Below, in pieces: positions 50,221 to 62,750 of a DNA stretch of 64,000 nt (position 1 is the stretch's first letter; each line of letters starts with the position of its first letter). A program made the translations under genes and the position numbers. The stretch covers positions 8,062,001-8,126,000 of the forward strand of contig NC_045697.1 in NCBI RefSeq assembly GCF_009834535.1, read 5' to 3'. The notes beneath the pieces are model-generated. The model was not told the DNA's origin, searched no databases, and saw only the letters and a list, made by a program, of their open reading frames with translations. This stretch comes from Camelus ferus (lineage: Eukaryota).

Positions 50221-50346
50221 CTAAATTTGCAGCCTTCCACCACAGAATGGAAAGACAGCACTAGGACTTTTTGGAAAAAGTTTCTAACTGCATCTTGCGA
50301 ACAGCAGTCAGAACTCAAGCAACTATCACTTACTTCCAGTTTTTAA
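50221..50346 (+). repeat. Diverged direct repeat, copy 1 (partner at 54387-54521)
   Basis: Shared collinear blocks ctaaatttgcagc, tccaccacaga, cacta.gacttt, actgca.cttg.gaacagcagtcaga, agtttttaa. Confidence 0.85.
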
Positions 50347-50450
50347 CAATGGTAAATTCGCCTCTCTGGTAATGGGGTTCCTCTTTCAAAAACTGCCATC
50401 CCAATTTAGTCTGAGGGTGAAACCTAGATTCTAAGGAGATTTTAAATGCA

Positions 50451-50814
50451 TGTGTCAGTTAGTTCATTCAGACTATGGCAACAAAATGCCATAGACTAGG
50501 TGGTTTATAAAGAACATGAATTTAGTTCTGATAGCTCTGGAGGCTGGGAAGTCCAAGATCAAGGTGTGGGCAGATTCAGTGTCTGGTAAGAGCTGACTTT
50601 CTGTTTTACAGCATTTTCTTGTGTCTTCACATGACAGAAGGAGACAGGTATCTCTCTGGGGCCTCTTTTATAAGGGCACTAACATTCCATCCATGAGGTC
50701 CTGCCTTTATGAATTAATCACCTCCCAGGGGCTCCACCTCGGAATACTATCCTCATGGTATTAGGATGTTAACATATGAACGGAGCGGGGAACACAGACA
50801 TTTGGTCATTAACA
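50451..50814 (-). mobile_element. MaLR solo LTR, MLT1A-like
   Basis: 'tctggaggctgggaagtccaagatcaaggtg...cctcttttataagggcactaa'; perfect 5 bp TSD atgca. Confidence 0.92.
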
Positions 50815-51254
50815 ATGCATTTCTTTGAATTCTGCGTATGTATATGAATATTTATATATTTTCCCCAAGTTGTTGTGGTAATTGTATATATCTGAAGAGC
50901 TTCATTTTTTAATGTTTAGAAGATGTGCATTTTTCAAATGAATTAAGAGTCTCTTATGCTTTTAGTATTCATTGAGTATAATGTTTATTCTGTAAAACAG
51001 CAACATAAGTAAATATAGGGAACACCAAGAGGTGTACTGTGAGTTCTCCAGGGGCAATTGTGAAGTCCAGTGAACATTTTTCCACAGTATTAAGTGATAT
51101 ACTTTCTATAAAAAGAGTTTTTTACTTGAAAAGTGAATTAAACTGTGGGGCAGAGTTGGTTCAAAACATGAATTACTACATTTTTAAGATTTTTTCAAGT
51201 ATCTTAAAATAGAATTTTTAATTTTTTATTTTGATTACTAATGCAGCACATGCT

Positions 51255-52000
51255 CATTATGGAAAACAGTATGGAAGCTCCTTAAAAAATTAAAACTAAA
51301 ACTAACATGTGTTTCAGCAACCTCACTTCTGTGTACATATTCAAAGGAAATGAAATCATTATCTCTAAGAGGTATCTGCTACCTGCCCTTCCACATCCAC
51401 TGCAGTATTATTCACGATAACCAAGATATGGAAACAGCCAAATATTCACTAACAGATAAATGGATAAAGAGGATACAGTATATGCCTCTCAGCCATGAGG
51501 AAGAAGGAAATCCTGCCACTTGTGACACCATAGATGAAATTGGGGGACATTATGCTAAGGGACATAAGCCAGGCAGAGAAAGCCAACTACTGTGTGATTT
51601 GACTTTTACATGAAGTCTATATAAAAACAAAAAGTTGAACTCGTGAAAACTGAGAGTACAACAGAGGTTAACAGGGGTTTGGGATGAAGGTGGAGGAAAT
51701 ACAGAGGAGATGTTCTGGTCAAGGATTACAAGATGCAATTACATAGGACGAATAATTCTGCACATTTAATGGACAGACATGATGGCGATAGTTAATAATA
51801 CTGTACTGTATATTTGAAAGTTGCTAAGAGAGTACATTTTAAGAGTTTTCATCACAAGAAAAAAATTGTAACTGTGAGTGATGGTGGATGTTAACAAGAT
51901 GTATGATGATGATCACTTTGGAATATATACAAATATTAAATCATTACATTGTATACCTAAAACTCATATAATGCTGTATGTCGATTCTATCTCAATAAAA
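51255..52000 (+). mobile_element. L1 3' end (L1MA9-like)
   Basis: 'tatggaaaacagtatggaag...acagataaatggataaag...tttgaaagttgctaagagagt...tatctcaataaa'. Confidence 0.9.
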
Positions 52001-52530
52001 CGGTGTGCTATTGGCATATAAATTGACAGATATATGAATGTTACATTACTGAGAACCCAGAAATAGACTCACATATATAAATCAGTTTAATTTTTGGAAA
52101 AAGTGCTAAAGCAAACAAATGGGGAAGAGAAAAACTTTTTAGCTAATAATACTGGAACACCTGGATATCTATATGGAAGAAAAACTGAATGTCCCAAGCA
52201 TTGGTAAAAGTATAGTTACACTTGTTCCTTTTATTGAACCTATTTCATATATCTAAAGACAAAAACACTCTAAGCAAATGTTGAACACTGGTTAATAATA
52301 TGCATTCTGAAGTGTTGGTGGGGAGTGCATAAGTGTTTACAATTTACATTGAATGCATCAAAAATAAGATGAATTAATGGATGAATGAGATAAATGCATA
52401 GATATGTGATAAACAAATACAATAAAATTCTAGTGATAGAATCAAGACATGCATTTTGTCTTCATTGTAAAGTTTGATCAACTTTTTTTAATACGTTAAA
52501 CATTTTTATAATAAAATGTTGGAAAAATTC
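52000..52530 (+). mobile_element. Older L1 fragments (ORF2 piece plus L1MC-type 3' end)
   Basis: 'gagaacccagaaatagactcacatatata...ctggatatctatatgg'; 'tttttataataaaatgttgg'. Confidence 0.7.
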
Positions 52531-52957
52531 AACAATTTTTTCTTTTAGGTGTTTGCTTATTCTTTTTCTGATATTCAGCAAAAGTTTTGATCAATAAATG
52601 CAAGCAGTCTACACACAGGAAAGTTTTCTTATACACTGTTACTGTCATCCATGTGTTCTAGTCATATCTCCAATTATTTGTAGATTACACCTTGATTGTT
52701 GTCTTCTGCATCTATCACCTTCTCAGTCATGACTTTCATCTTCTTATCCATTTTCCTCTAGTCAACTTTGTTATCCAAAGACGATTATTTTATTTTCTGC
52801 ATTATCAGTTCTTATCCTTCCTGTTCCCTTTGCCAATTCAAATTTTACTACTGAATGTTTAAGTGCAAGCTTTCTTTCGCTTACTCAGCTCTCTTTTCAA
52901 CTCATCCTGCTTATCAGCCATCATTCTCTTCAACACCGTGTATTTTTTCCCCTACAA

Positions 52958-53955
52958 CTTTTTTTTATATTTTTTATTTATTTTTTCACATTTTTATTGA
53001 GTTATAGTCATTTTACAATGTTGTGTCAAATTTCATTGTAGAGCACAGTTTTTTAGTTTTACATGAACGTACATATATTCATTGTCACATTTTTTTTGCT
53101 GTGAGCTACCATAAGATCTTGTATATATTTCCCTGTGCTATACAGTATAATCTTGTTTATCTATTCTACATATGCCTGTCAGTATCTACAAATTTCGAAC
53201 TCCTAGTCTGTCCCTTTCCATCCCCCACCCCCTTGGCAACCACAAGTTTGTATTCAATGTCTATGAGTCTGTTCCTGTTTTGTACTTATGTTCTTTTTTT
53301 TTTTTTTTTTAGATTTCACATATGAGTGATCTCATATGGTATTTTTCTTTCTCTTTCTGGCTTACTTCACTTAGAATGACAGTCTCCGGGGATATCCATG
53401 TTGCTGCAAATGGTGTTATGTTGTCATTTTTATGGCTGAATAGTATTCCATTGTATAAATATACCACCTCTTCTTTATTTAGTCATCTGTTGATGGTATT
53501 TAGGCTGTTTCCATGTCTTGGCTATTGTAAATAGTGCTGCTATGAACATTGGGGTGCAGGTGTCTTTTTGAAGTAGGGTTCCTTCTGGATATATGCCCAG
53601 GAGGGGGATTCCTGGGTCAAAGTCTATTCCTAGTCTTTTGAGGACTCTCCATACTGTTTTCCTCAGTGGCTGCACCAAACTGCATTCCCACCAGCAGTGT
53701 AGGAGGGTTCCCTTTTCTCCACAGCCTCTCCAGCATTTGTCATTTGTGGACTTTTGAATGATGGCCATTCTGACTGGTGTGAGGTGACACCTCATTGTAG
53801 TTTTGATTTGCATTTCTCTGATAATTAGTGATATGGAGCATTTTTTCATGTGCCTATTGATCATTTGTATTTCTTCCTTGGAGAATTGCTTCTTTAGGTC
53901 TTCTGCCCATTTTTGGATTGGGTTTTTGTTTTTTTCTTATTCTGTCGTATGAGCT
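52958..53955 (-). mobile_element. Young camelid-type L1, 3' ~1 kb
   Basis: ORF 53475..53864 is the L1 ORF2 cysteine-rich C-terminus ([18 protein letters not shown]...[21 protein letters not shown]); T-rich tail at the left. Confidence 0.95.
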
Positions 53956-54386
53956 TTTTAAAGTCTCATTTCAGAATTAACATGCTCTTGCTCTTCATTC
54001 CAAACACAAAGCAGATGCTTTTAAAATTTTTCTTCTGTTTCAGATATAGAGTCTTTTTAAAAATTGTACTTCTGCGTCATGAGTGCCATAACACCACCCT
54101 TTTCTCATTCATTATGAGTTTTAAGACCATCACTGGAAATTTTTTGAGGAATTACACAAATATTAATGAGACTTAGAACCAAAGCCAGTATGTGCCAATA
54201 ACCAGTAATTACCAAAGCCAGCGCAATGATGAGCATAATCCTTGCTACGTGGAAGAGAATCTCCTCTCTGACATTGATCATGGTCTCCAGACACAGATTT
54301 TTCCCTGGAATATCTCATCTCCTAAATAGCTGCCTTCCCAGGAAGCTTCTTGGGAAAACCCCACTGGCTCTCCAAATCTAGTCTAC

Positions 54387-54521
54387 CTAAATTTGCAGCG
54401 TCCTCCACCACAGAGCGAAGGAACAACACTACGACTTTCTTGAGAACAGGCAAAGACTCTTACTGCACCTTGAGAACAGCAGTCAGATCTCATGAGACCA
54501 TTGCTTGCTCTGAGTTTTTAA
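54387..54521 (+). repeat. Diverged direct repeat, copy 2 (partner at 50221-50346)
   Basis: Same collinear blocks as copy 1. Confidence 0.85.
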
Positions 54522-55041
54522 ATATATATATTTATATACACAAACATATAATTTCTCTTTTGACTATAGCCTTTGTCTCCAGGTAAAATGAGAGGTGTCA
54601 AAGAGCAGATAGTATGGGAAATAAAATGATATTAGCTGCCTCAGACAGCACAGCATAGAGCACAGATAAATATGTAAGTTTGGAAGTTGACGAGGTCAAA
54701 TGAAGCACTACTGGCCATCTACAATCTCCATATTCTCATATGTTAAAAATAGCTGAATTCTTATGTTTAATATCTGGTTTGTTTGTACTACATCCCTCTG
54801 TGCAAAAGAGATGATAACTTCCAGAAAACAACTGAAGCAAAAATAATAGTCAGTGTGTGTGGTGGGGCAGGGTACACCTGCAGAGATTGTTAGCACTAAT
54901 AAGAAAAAAAAAAATTGAGAGTAGTTTGTACAACACAATGAAAGAATACATTTTAATTAATCTGAGTGCTAAGTGCAGCTGAATGACAATTCATTCATAT
55001 AGTTAATGTAAAGAATAAATTAAAACTCCAGGTAGAAATAA

Positions 55042-55500
55042 TGTTACTGAACGAGGGCTCTCTGCCAGACAGTCATAGAAGCCAATACTATGGCATCAGA
55101 TTTAGAGAAAAGATAGAGCTTTATTTCAAGGTTGACTGGCAAGGAGAAAGGGCTAGGATATCAAAACTGTCTTCCTGAACAAGGGCTTGGGGCAAAATTT
55201 AAGGACTTAGAGGAATAAGCTGATGAGCTAGTCTCAAGTCAGTCCATATATGGTAAGCAGATTCTGGAAGCTGGATTTTCCGTATTGAAGGACTTCCTCA
55301 CTTGTAAAGGGCTCCAGGGGCAACACTTCTATCCTTTGGGTTTCCTAGGCTGAAGAGTTTTGGTTCCAGGTCATCCTGGAGACTTGAGTCCTATCTTGTA
55401 CATGCTCAGTGCTGTCTCTGTAAAATAATTCTAGGTTTGATTGATGAACAACCTTTTTTTTTTTTAGGAAGCAAAACCAGTTTAAGCTGATCAGTGTTTT
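55042..55500 (-). mobile_element. ERV1-class LTR, older and of a different family from copies A and B
   Basis: Begins tgttactgaac (reverse LTR end); 'agaagccaatactatggca...gctttatttcaaggttgactggcaaggaga' includes a minus-strand AATAAA; right boundary uncertain. Confidence 0.65.
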
Positions 55501-56029
55501 TCCATTCTTTTTTACTAATGTCTCAGAGAAGCAAATGTGGAAAACGTCACATTCCACACTCATGAAACACTGGAATAAAGTCGTACCAATTCAGCCACTG
55601 AGTGGATCTTTCTAGCTAAAGGTCAATGGTCAGGTTGTCAGGTCTGATCTCAGAATATTGGTGTCTGGACTGGATTTTATCCCCCATGAGACCACTATCC
55701 TGGCAGAGTCAGGTGTCTGCCCTAGATATCATCCTCACGTTGCTTCTGAGAAAGGAGCATGCATCTCACGTGAATCCCAAGACTTGAGGGAACTCAAGAA
55801 GAGCTTCCTACCTGAATCTCTCTCACCCGTTCAGTGCCATGGTGCTTGAATTTCCACCATCATGGTACAGGCTGGGGTCAGGCACCTCCTGTGCATATTT
55901 GTCAAAAGCCATCACAACCAAAGGAACCAACTTCCTATGTGCCTGGTCCCATGATTTATTTAGTCGGAGAGAGGGAAAAGTGATGAGTGCTGGGAATGAA
56001 GACAAGGTCAGGAGAGGTGAAGTTTTAGG

Positions 56030-56200
56030 AAGCAGTTGATGTGAGATCCTATAATAGCAACTAAGAGAAGCAAACTCTAGTTTCGGCTTCTTTGCCAACT
56101 GAGTGACCTTGTACAAGGTCACCTTTTCTGTTTCCTTTTTCTCATACATGAAATGAGACTAATAATAACCACCCAGCTCATCTCTTAAGATTCTGCATAA
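56030..56200 (+). mobile_element. MIR SINE
   Basis: 'aactgagtgaccttgtacaaggtcacct...tttctcatacatgaaatgagactaataataacc'. Confidence 0.7.
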
Positions 56201-56611
56201 GCAGCCCCACAGGAATCTTCCAAAGGTAACAATTAATGGTGACCAGAATAGCTCCGGTCAAGGTGCAGTTCTCACTTCCCTGAGATGCTTCCAGTACAAA
56301 AATAGACATAAGACAGAGGAGCAAACGGAGAATAGAAGGCATAAATTTTTGAAATACCAAAGCAGCTTAGACCAATAAGAGAATACTGACCAGCTTCAGT
56401 GCCCCCTCTTAGTATGTTGTGGAAATCAGAAGTAAGATGCAATTCCTGCCCATGAAAAGCACTAAACACTAAAATGTTAGTACCCAGCATTTAGCAAGGA
56501 TTGGCCCATCACAGAAACCATGCTATATACTTTATCTCCTGCAGTTCTCACCATTGCCTTCGGATGTTGATAATATCTCCAAACATAATCAACTGTATAA
56601 AGAAATTCTAT

Positions 56612-56800
56612 TAGTGGTTCCCAAACATGGGCATGGATTCAATCGCTTGGAGAAACTGTTGTGAAATTATGTGAGTCGGTTGTACCCCCAAGGGTTCTGA
56701 TTCAGCATATCTTCAGCAGAGCTTGGGAATGTGCACTTTTAGCAAAGTCTCAGGGTAATCTGAAGCAGGTGGAATGATGACCGCTAGCACAGAAGCACTT
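56612..56800. mobile_element. MER5-family MITE
   Basis: 'agtggttcccaaac...ttctgattcagca...gggaatgtgcacttttagcaaagtctcagggtaatctga...agaagcact'. Confidence 0.75.
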
Positions 56801-56869
56801 CCAGGTATTGCTGAATATGATCTACCGGGGGGCATGGAGATCCTGGGGCTGTAATGCCCTCCACCCCAC

Positions 56870-57060
56870 CAAAAACTCTGATTGCCAGCTCCACTTGAAA
56901 CACTTGTTAAAAATATAGGATCCTAAGTTTATCCTTTGGAGATTCTGATGCAATTAACCTGAGGACAAGCTCAAGAATCTAATTTTTTTTTTTTTTTTTT
57001 TTTACAAGCAATTGTCATCCCAAGTGACTCCCGAGTGACCCTTATGGTCAGGAAGATTTG
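56870..57060. mobile_element. MER5-family MITE with an expanded T run
   Basis: 'cttgttaaaaatatagg...ggagattctgat...aagaatctaattttt...acaagc...cccaagtgact'. Confidence 0.6.
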
Positions 57061-57854
57061 TAGTAGTTTAAGTGAATTGTCTGTGATTACCTAGTAACAT
57101 CCTATCAGAAGGAGAGCTGAATCCCAGTTCCCCAGGCTCCCAGGCCAGAGTTCTTCCAATGCATTATCTTCTTCAAAGAAATATTGATGGGCTCAGCCTA
57201 GGTTATTGGACTGCCTGATGTGGAGAAGGGTAAGGGGCACATGGAGTCCCTATCTGCAGCTCTTCCAGGTGTCCTCAGCTCGTTCTCAGAACCGCGATTA
57301 GGGCATATCGTCCAAATCACATCACAGAGCACTTCTAGCAGGGAAATTGTCGGACTGAACGGCTGCGCGTCAAGCCTGACGAGGGGTAAAAACAAATCCG
57401 TGGAAACTGTTGTCACAGTCACCAAAACTGCTTAGCCAGCTGCAGGAAGCAAACAAACCCACTGAAACATTAACTCAGGCAGAAGGTTCCAGCTCATTGA
57501 AAGCAGGCTCATTTGTTTTCCCATTACGGCTCACCAGCATCTACCTGGGCTGTGTTTACAGGGTTCGGGCAGTGTCATGACAGAGCTGGAGAAGGCTGAT
57601 GGATTTATGACACATTGCCTTGATGACATATTTACCAAGCCTGTTTGCAGGATTCCAGGGGCAGGAGGCGGGGAGCTGGAAAAGGAGAGACCCACTGGAA
57701 ATTGAGCCTCCTGGGAAGTTGACAGGTCGAGAGCTACTGATGAGAGAAGTCCCTGCTGACGTACATGGTCAGGAAGAAGCACCTCTGATGGACAGGTTTC
57801 AGAGGATGGGAAGCGCTCTCCGGGTCAGGAGAAGGGGGTACACCTTCTCACTCT

Positions 57855-57965
57855 GGTGCTTCCTGCCTGTATAACTATGAGGAAGTCTTCTGAGCCTCAG
57901 TTTTCACATTAGAACAAACAGGGTTAAACCTATTCCAACTCAGAATTGTTGGGACATGTCACATC
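57855..57965 (+). mobile_element. MIR SINE fragment
   Basis: 'tctgagcctcagttttcacatt...cagaattgttggga'. Confidence 0.6.
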
Positions 57966-58204
57966 ATAGAATTAAAAAGATATATTGTTGCACGTTCTAG
58001 TATTAGAAATATTCTTTATACACTGTAGAAGTTAAGAGTAGGCTATTTTTGAGAAATAATTTCCTTACTTCTGTTTTTGGTGTTTTTTTTTTCTTTTTTT
58101 TTCATCTGAAGCATAGAAAACCACATAGTACTAACTAAGAAAGGCATTTTGTTTTTGACTGATTTATGTTTTTTGTCAGATAGAAGGGCAAGGAAGAAGG
58201 CAAA

Positions 58205-58390
58205 TATAAACCATTAAGCAAATCCTATGCTGACAGCTTTATGTAATTTTTCACATTCAGTGTTCCAAAACATCAGCAAGTTAAAGATTTTTATGTCCAC
58301 TTTATGGATGAAGAAACTGACATTCAGAAATATTAAATGCTTTGCCTAAAAATCACACAGCTTTTTAGAAGAAGAGCCAGGGTTTGATCA
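58205..58390 (-). mobile_element. MIR SINE
   Basis: 'tccactttatggatgaagaaactgacattcagaaatattaaatgctttgcctaaaaatcacacagct...gagccagggtttga'. Confidence 0.8.
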
Positions 58391-58529
58391 GTGCCTGGGA
58401 CATAGCAGGTGTCCAACAAATTTTATATACAAAAAGAAGGAATGAATGTCTCTAAAGCCAAAAAAATTTTTTTTTGCCTACAGTAGTGCACATTTGTACA
58501 ACAGCCTGTAAGCACCCAAGTTTTTATTT

Positions 58530-58656
58530 GTGCTCATTTATTCATTCAGCAGGCTCCCTTTTCACATCTGCTATGTGTAAGTCTCTGTTGGAAATACAAA
58601 GATAAGTCAGACAAAATTCCTTTCCTTGAGAGTTTGATGGTTAATAGAAGAAAGCG
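58530..58656 (-). mobile_element. L2 3' end (host of LTR copy B)
   Basis: 'tcatttattcattcagca...ctgctatgtgtaagtctctgttggaaatacaaagataagtcagaca'. Confidence 0.7.
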
Positions 58657-59175
58657 TGTTACCAAGTCCAAACTCTTTCTGCTTACTACACGACGGGCCA
58701 GTAAATCAGGAGACGAGGTGTTGAGGCAAGGAATAACGACTTTATTTGGAAAGTCGACAGACTGAGAGGATCGGGGACTAATGTCCTGGAAAACCAACTT
58801 ACCCAAGTCAGAATTCAGGCTCCTTTTATAGTAAAAGGGGGAGAGGTTAGGTCAGTTGTTGCAAACTTCTTGGTGTCGAAATCCTTTGTTCTTGCAGCTG
58901 TCCACCTAGGTCAGGTCTTAATTTTCCAGTAAACCTCCAACAAAACAAATACTTTTCTCTGTTCTGCAACTTTTTATCTCTGTATGAATGGAAAACTGTT
59001 ATATCTTTAAAGGTCAGAGCCTTGAGAATGGGCTTTCCTGTGTATTTCAGGCTCTAGGCAACATTCTTTAACAAAAGGCGCAGAACCAGCATGACTGAGC
59101 CCAGGAAACAGAGCCCAGAGTTAGAGCCAAAGGAGCAGATCTAATATGCAGTCAGACGTGTCCTTCCTTATTAAA
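58657..59175 (-). mobile_element. ERV1-class solo LTR (MER34/MER39-related), copy B
   Basis: Collinear with 45611-46128; 4 bp TSD agcg/agtg (CpG decay). Confidence 0.9.
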
Positions 59176-60359
59176 AGTGGACAAGTGCAGAAGTTACTAA
59201 AGCACAAGCCTGAATGTGCTGAGCAAATGGAAACTTCCAGAAAAGAGAGAGAAAAAGAAACTTGGGCAGACACACGTCAGCTGGGTCTGCAGGGGTGTTT
59301 AGAACCTGGCTGTGGGGGCGTGGGAAGAGGACCACGTGGGCACCAGGAACCATCTGAACACGGGCAGCACTTAATGCATGTCCAGGGGAAGGGGTCGTTT
59401 AAAGGAGTGGTGGGCGGCAAGTTTGGTGCAGTGGATAGAATAAACCCACAGTTTTCTGCATCCATTTGGTGGCCGCAGCCTCTGTACAGCACCCCTAGCT
59501 GCCCTCACCTTAGAGAGCCCCTCAGTATGTCTGCAGCAGGTATCCTCCGCTGTGCTAAGTGTCAGAGGGAAGCCAAAATGAGTCTGCAAAGTCTTTGCTC
59601 TTCAAGAGCATTCATAGGTGACCAGGACTCCATTTCATGACCTCACGATATTCAGAAAAAACATCTGATTTCCACTTCTGACTGGAATTCCCAAGATGTC
59701 TGCTGCCTTTTTACATGACAGTAATTAGTAGGAGCTGAAACTCAAAGTTCCAGTGTAAAGACACAAAGACAACAGTTCGGTATGCTGCTACACATTTTGG
59801 GGGCTGTCATCCTCATTTTATTATAAGATGTGTGTAGGAAAGGTGAAAATGCAGTAATGGCAGTGATAGACTTGGAGAAGCCAAAATTACAATTCACCTC
59901 CGAAAAAATATTCATTTCCTGCCTTAGATTTGTGCAAACATTAATGACAAGACTATCACATTACACAGGAATGTGATTAGCATAACTCTGCCTAATGAAT
60001 TAATTCCTTCTGTGAAACTAAAGGTAAAAATGTTTTTCTTCCCCCTTAATCCTCTCTAATAGATGCAGATTTGCTAAGAGAGGTTATTTTTTCTACATTG
60101 TGATGCATTTATTAGGTAGAGTCTCACCTTATGTATAGATGAGTGAATAGCAAATATACTTAATTACGGTCTGTGCAAATATGCACCTTCCTTTTTCAGA
60201 ACCAGAAAGAGCAAAAATTATTTTTTTCGGTTTATTCTCAGGAAATTTATGGTCACATTAGAACAACCGGTTTCTCTGAGATGCTTGATCCAAAGAAATC
60301 ATTTCTTTCCTATGCCTTCATGGGTCTAAGAAAATGGAAAGCATTTTACTTTGCTTTTA

Positions 60360-60700
60360 AAAGTGCAAAATAACACAAATATTTTGGAAAGCAATCTGTC
60401 AGCATGCATCAAGAAATGTTAATATGTTTAATCTTTGATTTCAGGAATTTCATCTCTGGAATGTGTCTTAAGGAAATAATCCTAAATATAGAAATGGTAA
60501 TGTGTAGACCCAGTACCATGTTATCTATAGTGATAAAAAAAAATCAGAAAACACTAATACGTTCAACAGTAAAGGAGCAGCTAAATAAACCCTGGTGTTA
60601 CCTTTGATGGAAAAGAATACATATATTTTTAAATGATGTTTTCAAAACTTATAAAATTTGTAGTAACTTGGAAATTCTCATGGTATGTTAATTATGACAG
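60360..60700 (+). mobile_element. Old L1 (L1ME-like) 3' fragment
   Basis: 'ttttggaaagcaatctg...tctggaatgtgtcttaaggaaataatc...gttcaacagtaaagga...ctaaataaac'. Confidence 0.7.
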
Positions 60701-60709
60701 TGAGGTCAG

Positions 60710-60862
60710 CTGACATTTATTGATCACTACATGTAAGGCCAGTGCTTTAAATGCAATATTGAACCCTCACAAGATCCCAGTAAGGCGAGCACTACTATTA
60801 TCCCACATACCACATCATGAAGGGTTGGAGTTACCTGTCCCTGATCACACAGCTAATTATTT
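60710..60862 (-). mobile_element. MIR SINE (split by the following LTR)
   Basis: 'acatttattgatcactac...tgctttaaatgca...ccctcacaagatccc...actattatcccaca...gatcacacagcta'. Confidence 0.75.
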
Positions 60863-60863
60863 C

Positions 60864-61467
60864 TGCAACTGGATTCTGTGCCGTGCTGAGTCCCCAAGAC
60901 CACACTTAAGTCAACAGTTGGCTACAAAGACCCACAGAGCTCTAAAAAGCTGTTATAATCACAGTTATAGTTTATTATTGCAAAAGGATAGAGATGAAAT
61001 CAGCAGAGCAAATAGAACAGAGGGTCCAGGCATAATCAGCCGTCCAGGTGTCCTCTCCCAGTGGAGAAGTACAGACAGCATTCAATGCTGGCTGCAACCA
61101 CGTGTGCCAGTGTGGGGAGAGTACTGCCAGCCAGGAAGGCTCACCTGAGCCTTGGAGTCCAGGGTTTCTGTCGGTGGTCAGTCACATCGGCATGGACACC
61201 CATCTGACTAACCTTAGTTTCTCAGTCTCCAATTTCTCCAGATATCAAACTGATACCGCTTGGCCCTAGGCCCCCACCATAAATAACATGGTTAGCATAA
61301 ACTATCTGGAGTAGCCCACGGCCCCAGGAATAAGAAGACACTTTTATCAGGCAGGATTTTCCAAGGGCTTAGAAGTTATCTTAAAGGAGCCTGTTAAGGG
61401 CCAGTCTTTTCTTTGGAATGTGCAGTGTTTGAACATTCCAGATGCTGAGTTAACCTCTCCCTGTGCA
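60864..61467 (-). mobile_element. ERVL solo LTR, MER77-like
   Basis: 'ccccaagaccac...ctcacctgagccttggagtccaggg...gttagcataaactatctgg...ctttggaatgtgcag...gctgagttaacc'. Confidence 0.8.
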
Positions 61468-61519
61468 AATATTCATTAGACAGAATCCAGAGCTTGAATG
61501 CTTAGTTGTTGTGAATTTT

Positions 61520-62340
61520 GCCAAACAACAATCCACAGTCATTTGCTGAGTACTTTCTGTGGTCTGAGACCTGAACCATAACTAAGGTTATGAAGTTGAA
61601 AAAGACACGGTCCCTGCCTATGGTAAGGGGCAAACTCTGCAAGTCGTGTGCAAAGGTGGAGATACGTACACAGTGAGGAGGGCAACACGAGGAGTGAAGG
61701 CCTAAGGACTCCCTTTGAAGGGAAGAGCTGAAACAAAAATTAATCTGTTAGTGAGAGTCAGAAAAGTTTCTCTGGAGGGTTGTGGAGACATGATAGATTT
61801 CAGTGGTGAAAAATGATTCGCGTATTATTTCTGCCAGCTGCATGAGACTCTACACTTATCTCAAAATAAAAAGTTTAATTAAAAAAAAGTGGGTGGTGTT
61901 GACTGGAGCAAAGAATGAAAAGAGAAAAGAGGCTAAAAGTAAAACTAGATGAGAAAATAAGGGCAAATCATCAAGGGACTTTGTGTTTCTAAGAAATGTA
62001 ATGCTTATCTTAAAAGGCACAGGTAGTGATTGAACTATGTAAAGCCCTGAGAAAGACGGTCAGATTTTCACTTCATTAAAACATGTCTAGCAACAGAGTA
62101 GACCTTGGGCTGGCAAAGTCTTGATGGGATAGAGGCAGACCAGGTAGGTGGTGCCTGAATAAATTCCCATGGGGCAAAAAATGAATGTCTACACTAAGAC
62201 AGTGGTTGTCACAGTAGAAGAAAAGGACATGATGGTGAGAGGTATCAAGGGGGATAGGACTGAGTGGAAAATGGATATGGAAGACTTACCATTGGCTTTG
62301 TCTTGGGGCCAAGTAAATAATGCTGTTATTCCATTGGTAC
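61520..62340 (-). mobile_element. L2 LINE 3' portion (with a tiny L1 tail at ~61830-61890)
   Basis: 'catttgctgagtactttctgtg...gacacggtccctgcc...gggcaaatcatcaagggactttg...ggtcagattttcacttc'. Confidence 0.7.
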
Positions 62341-62369
62341 ACAATGTAGAAAGGGAGCTGTCTGGGGAC

Positions 62370-62750
62370 TATGAATGGGGCAATGCTATATATTCAGCAA
62401 ATCTGTTTACTTTCCTCCCAGTCCCATAGGAAGACTGTATTGTAGACTTATGTATTTGAGTTGTAGCTAATGGGATAGGGGTATAAGTGATGTCTGTCAC
62501 TTCCAGCCCCGGCCCTTAAAATCTCCCACATGAACCTCCATGTGTTCTTCCTTTGGCTGCCCAGTGGTGGCCTCCAGGGTGATTGTGGAGCCACAGAATG
62601 GAAGTAGCCTGGGACTGTGAGTCATTGCTGAAAGAAGAACGACCATGCACACATTAGACCATATGTGAGTGAGGGATAGTCCTCTGCAATATTAAGCCAG
62701 TGAGATCTGGTGTTGTTTCTCACAGAAGTCAGCCTGTCCTGACTAAATCA
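62370..62750 (+). mobile_element. MaLR LTR, MLT1J-like
   Basis: 'aagtgatgtctgtcacttccagccc...ggagccacagaatggaagtagcctggg...ttaagccagtgagatctgg...tcctgactaa'. Confidence 0.8.

Noticed and set aside
53475..53864. 129 aa ORF as a host gene
   Set aside because: It is the L1 ORF2 C-terminal fragment of a 5'-truncated insertion.
45611..59175. Full-length provirus bounded by two LTRs
   Set aside because: Each LTR has its own TSD, and the interval contains MIR/L2/L1 with no retroviral genes.
59146..59640. 164 aa ORF
   Set aside because: Begins within an LTR end and has no recognisable protein features.
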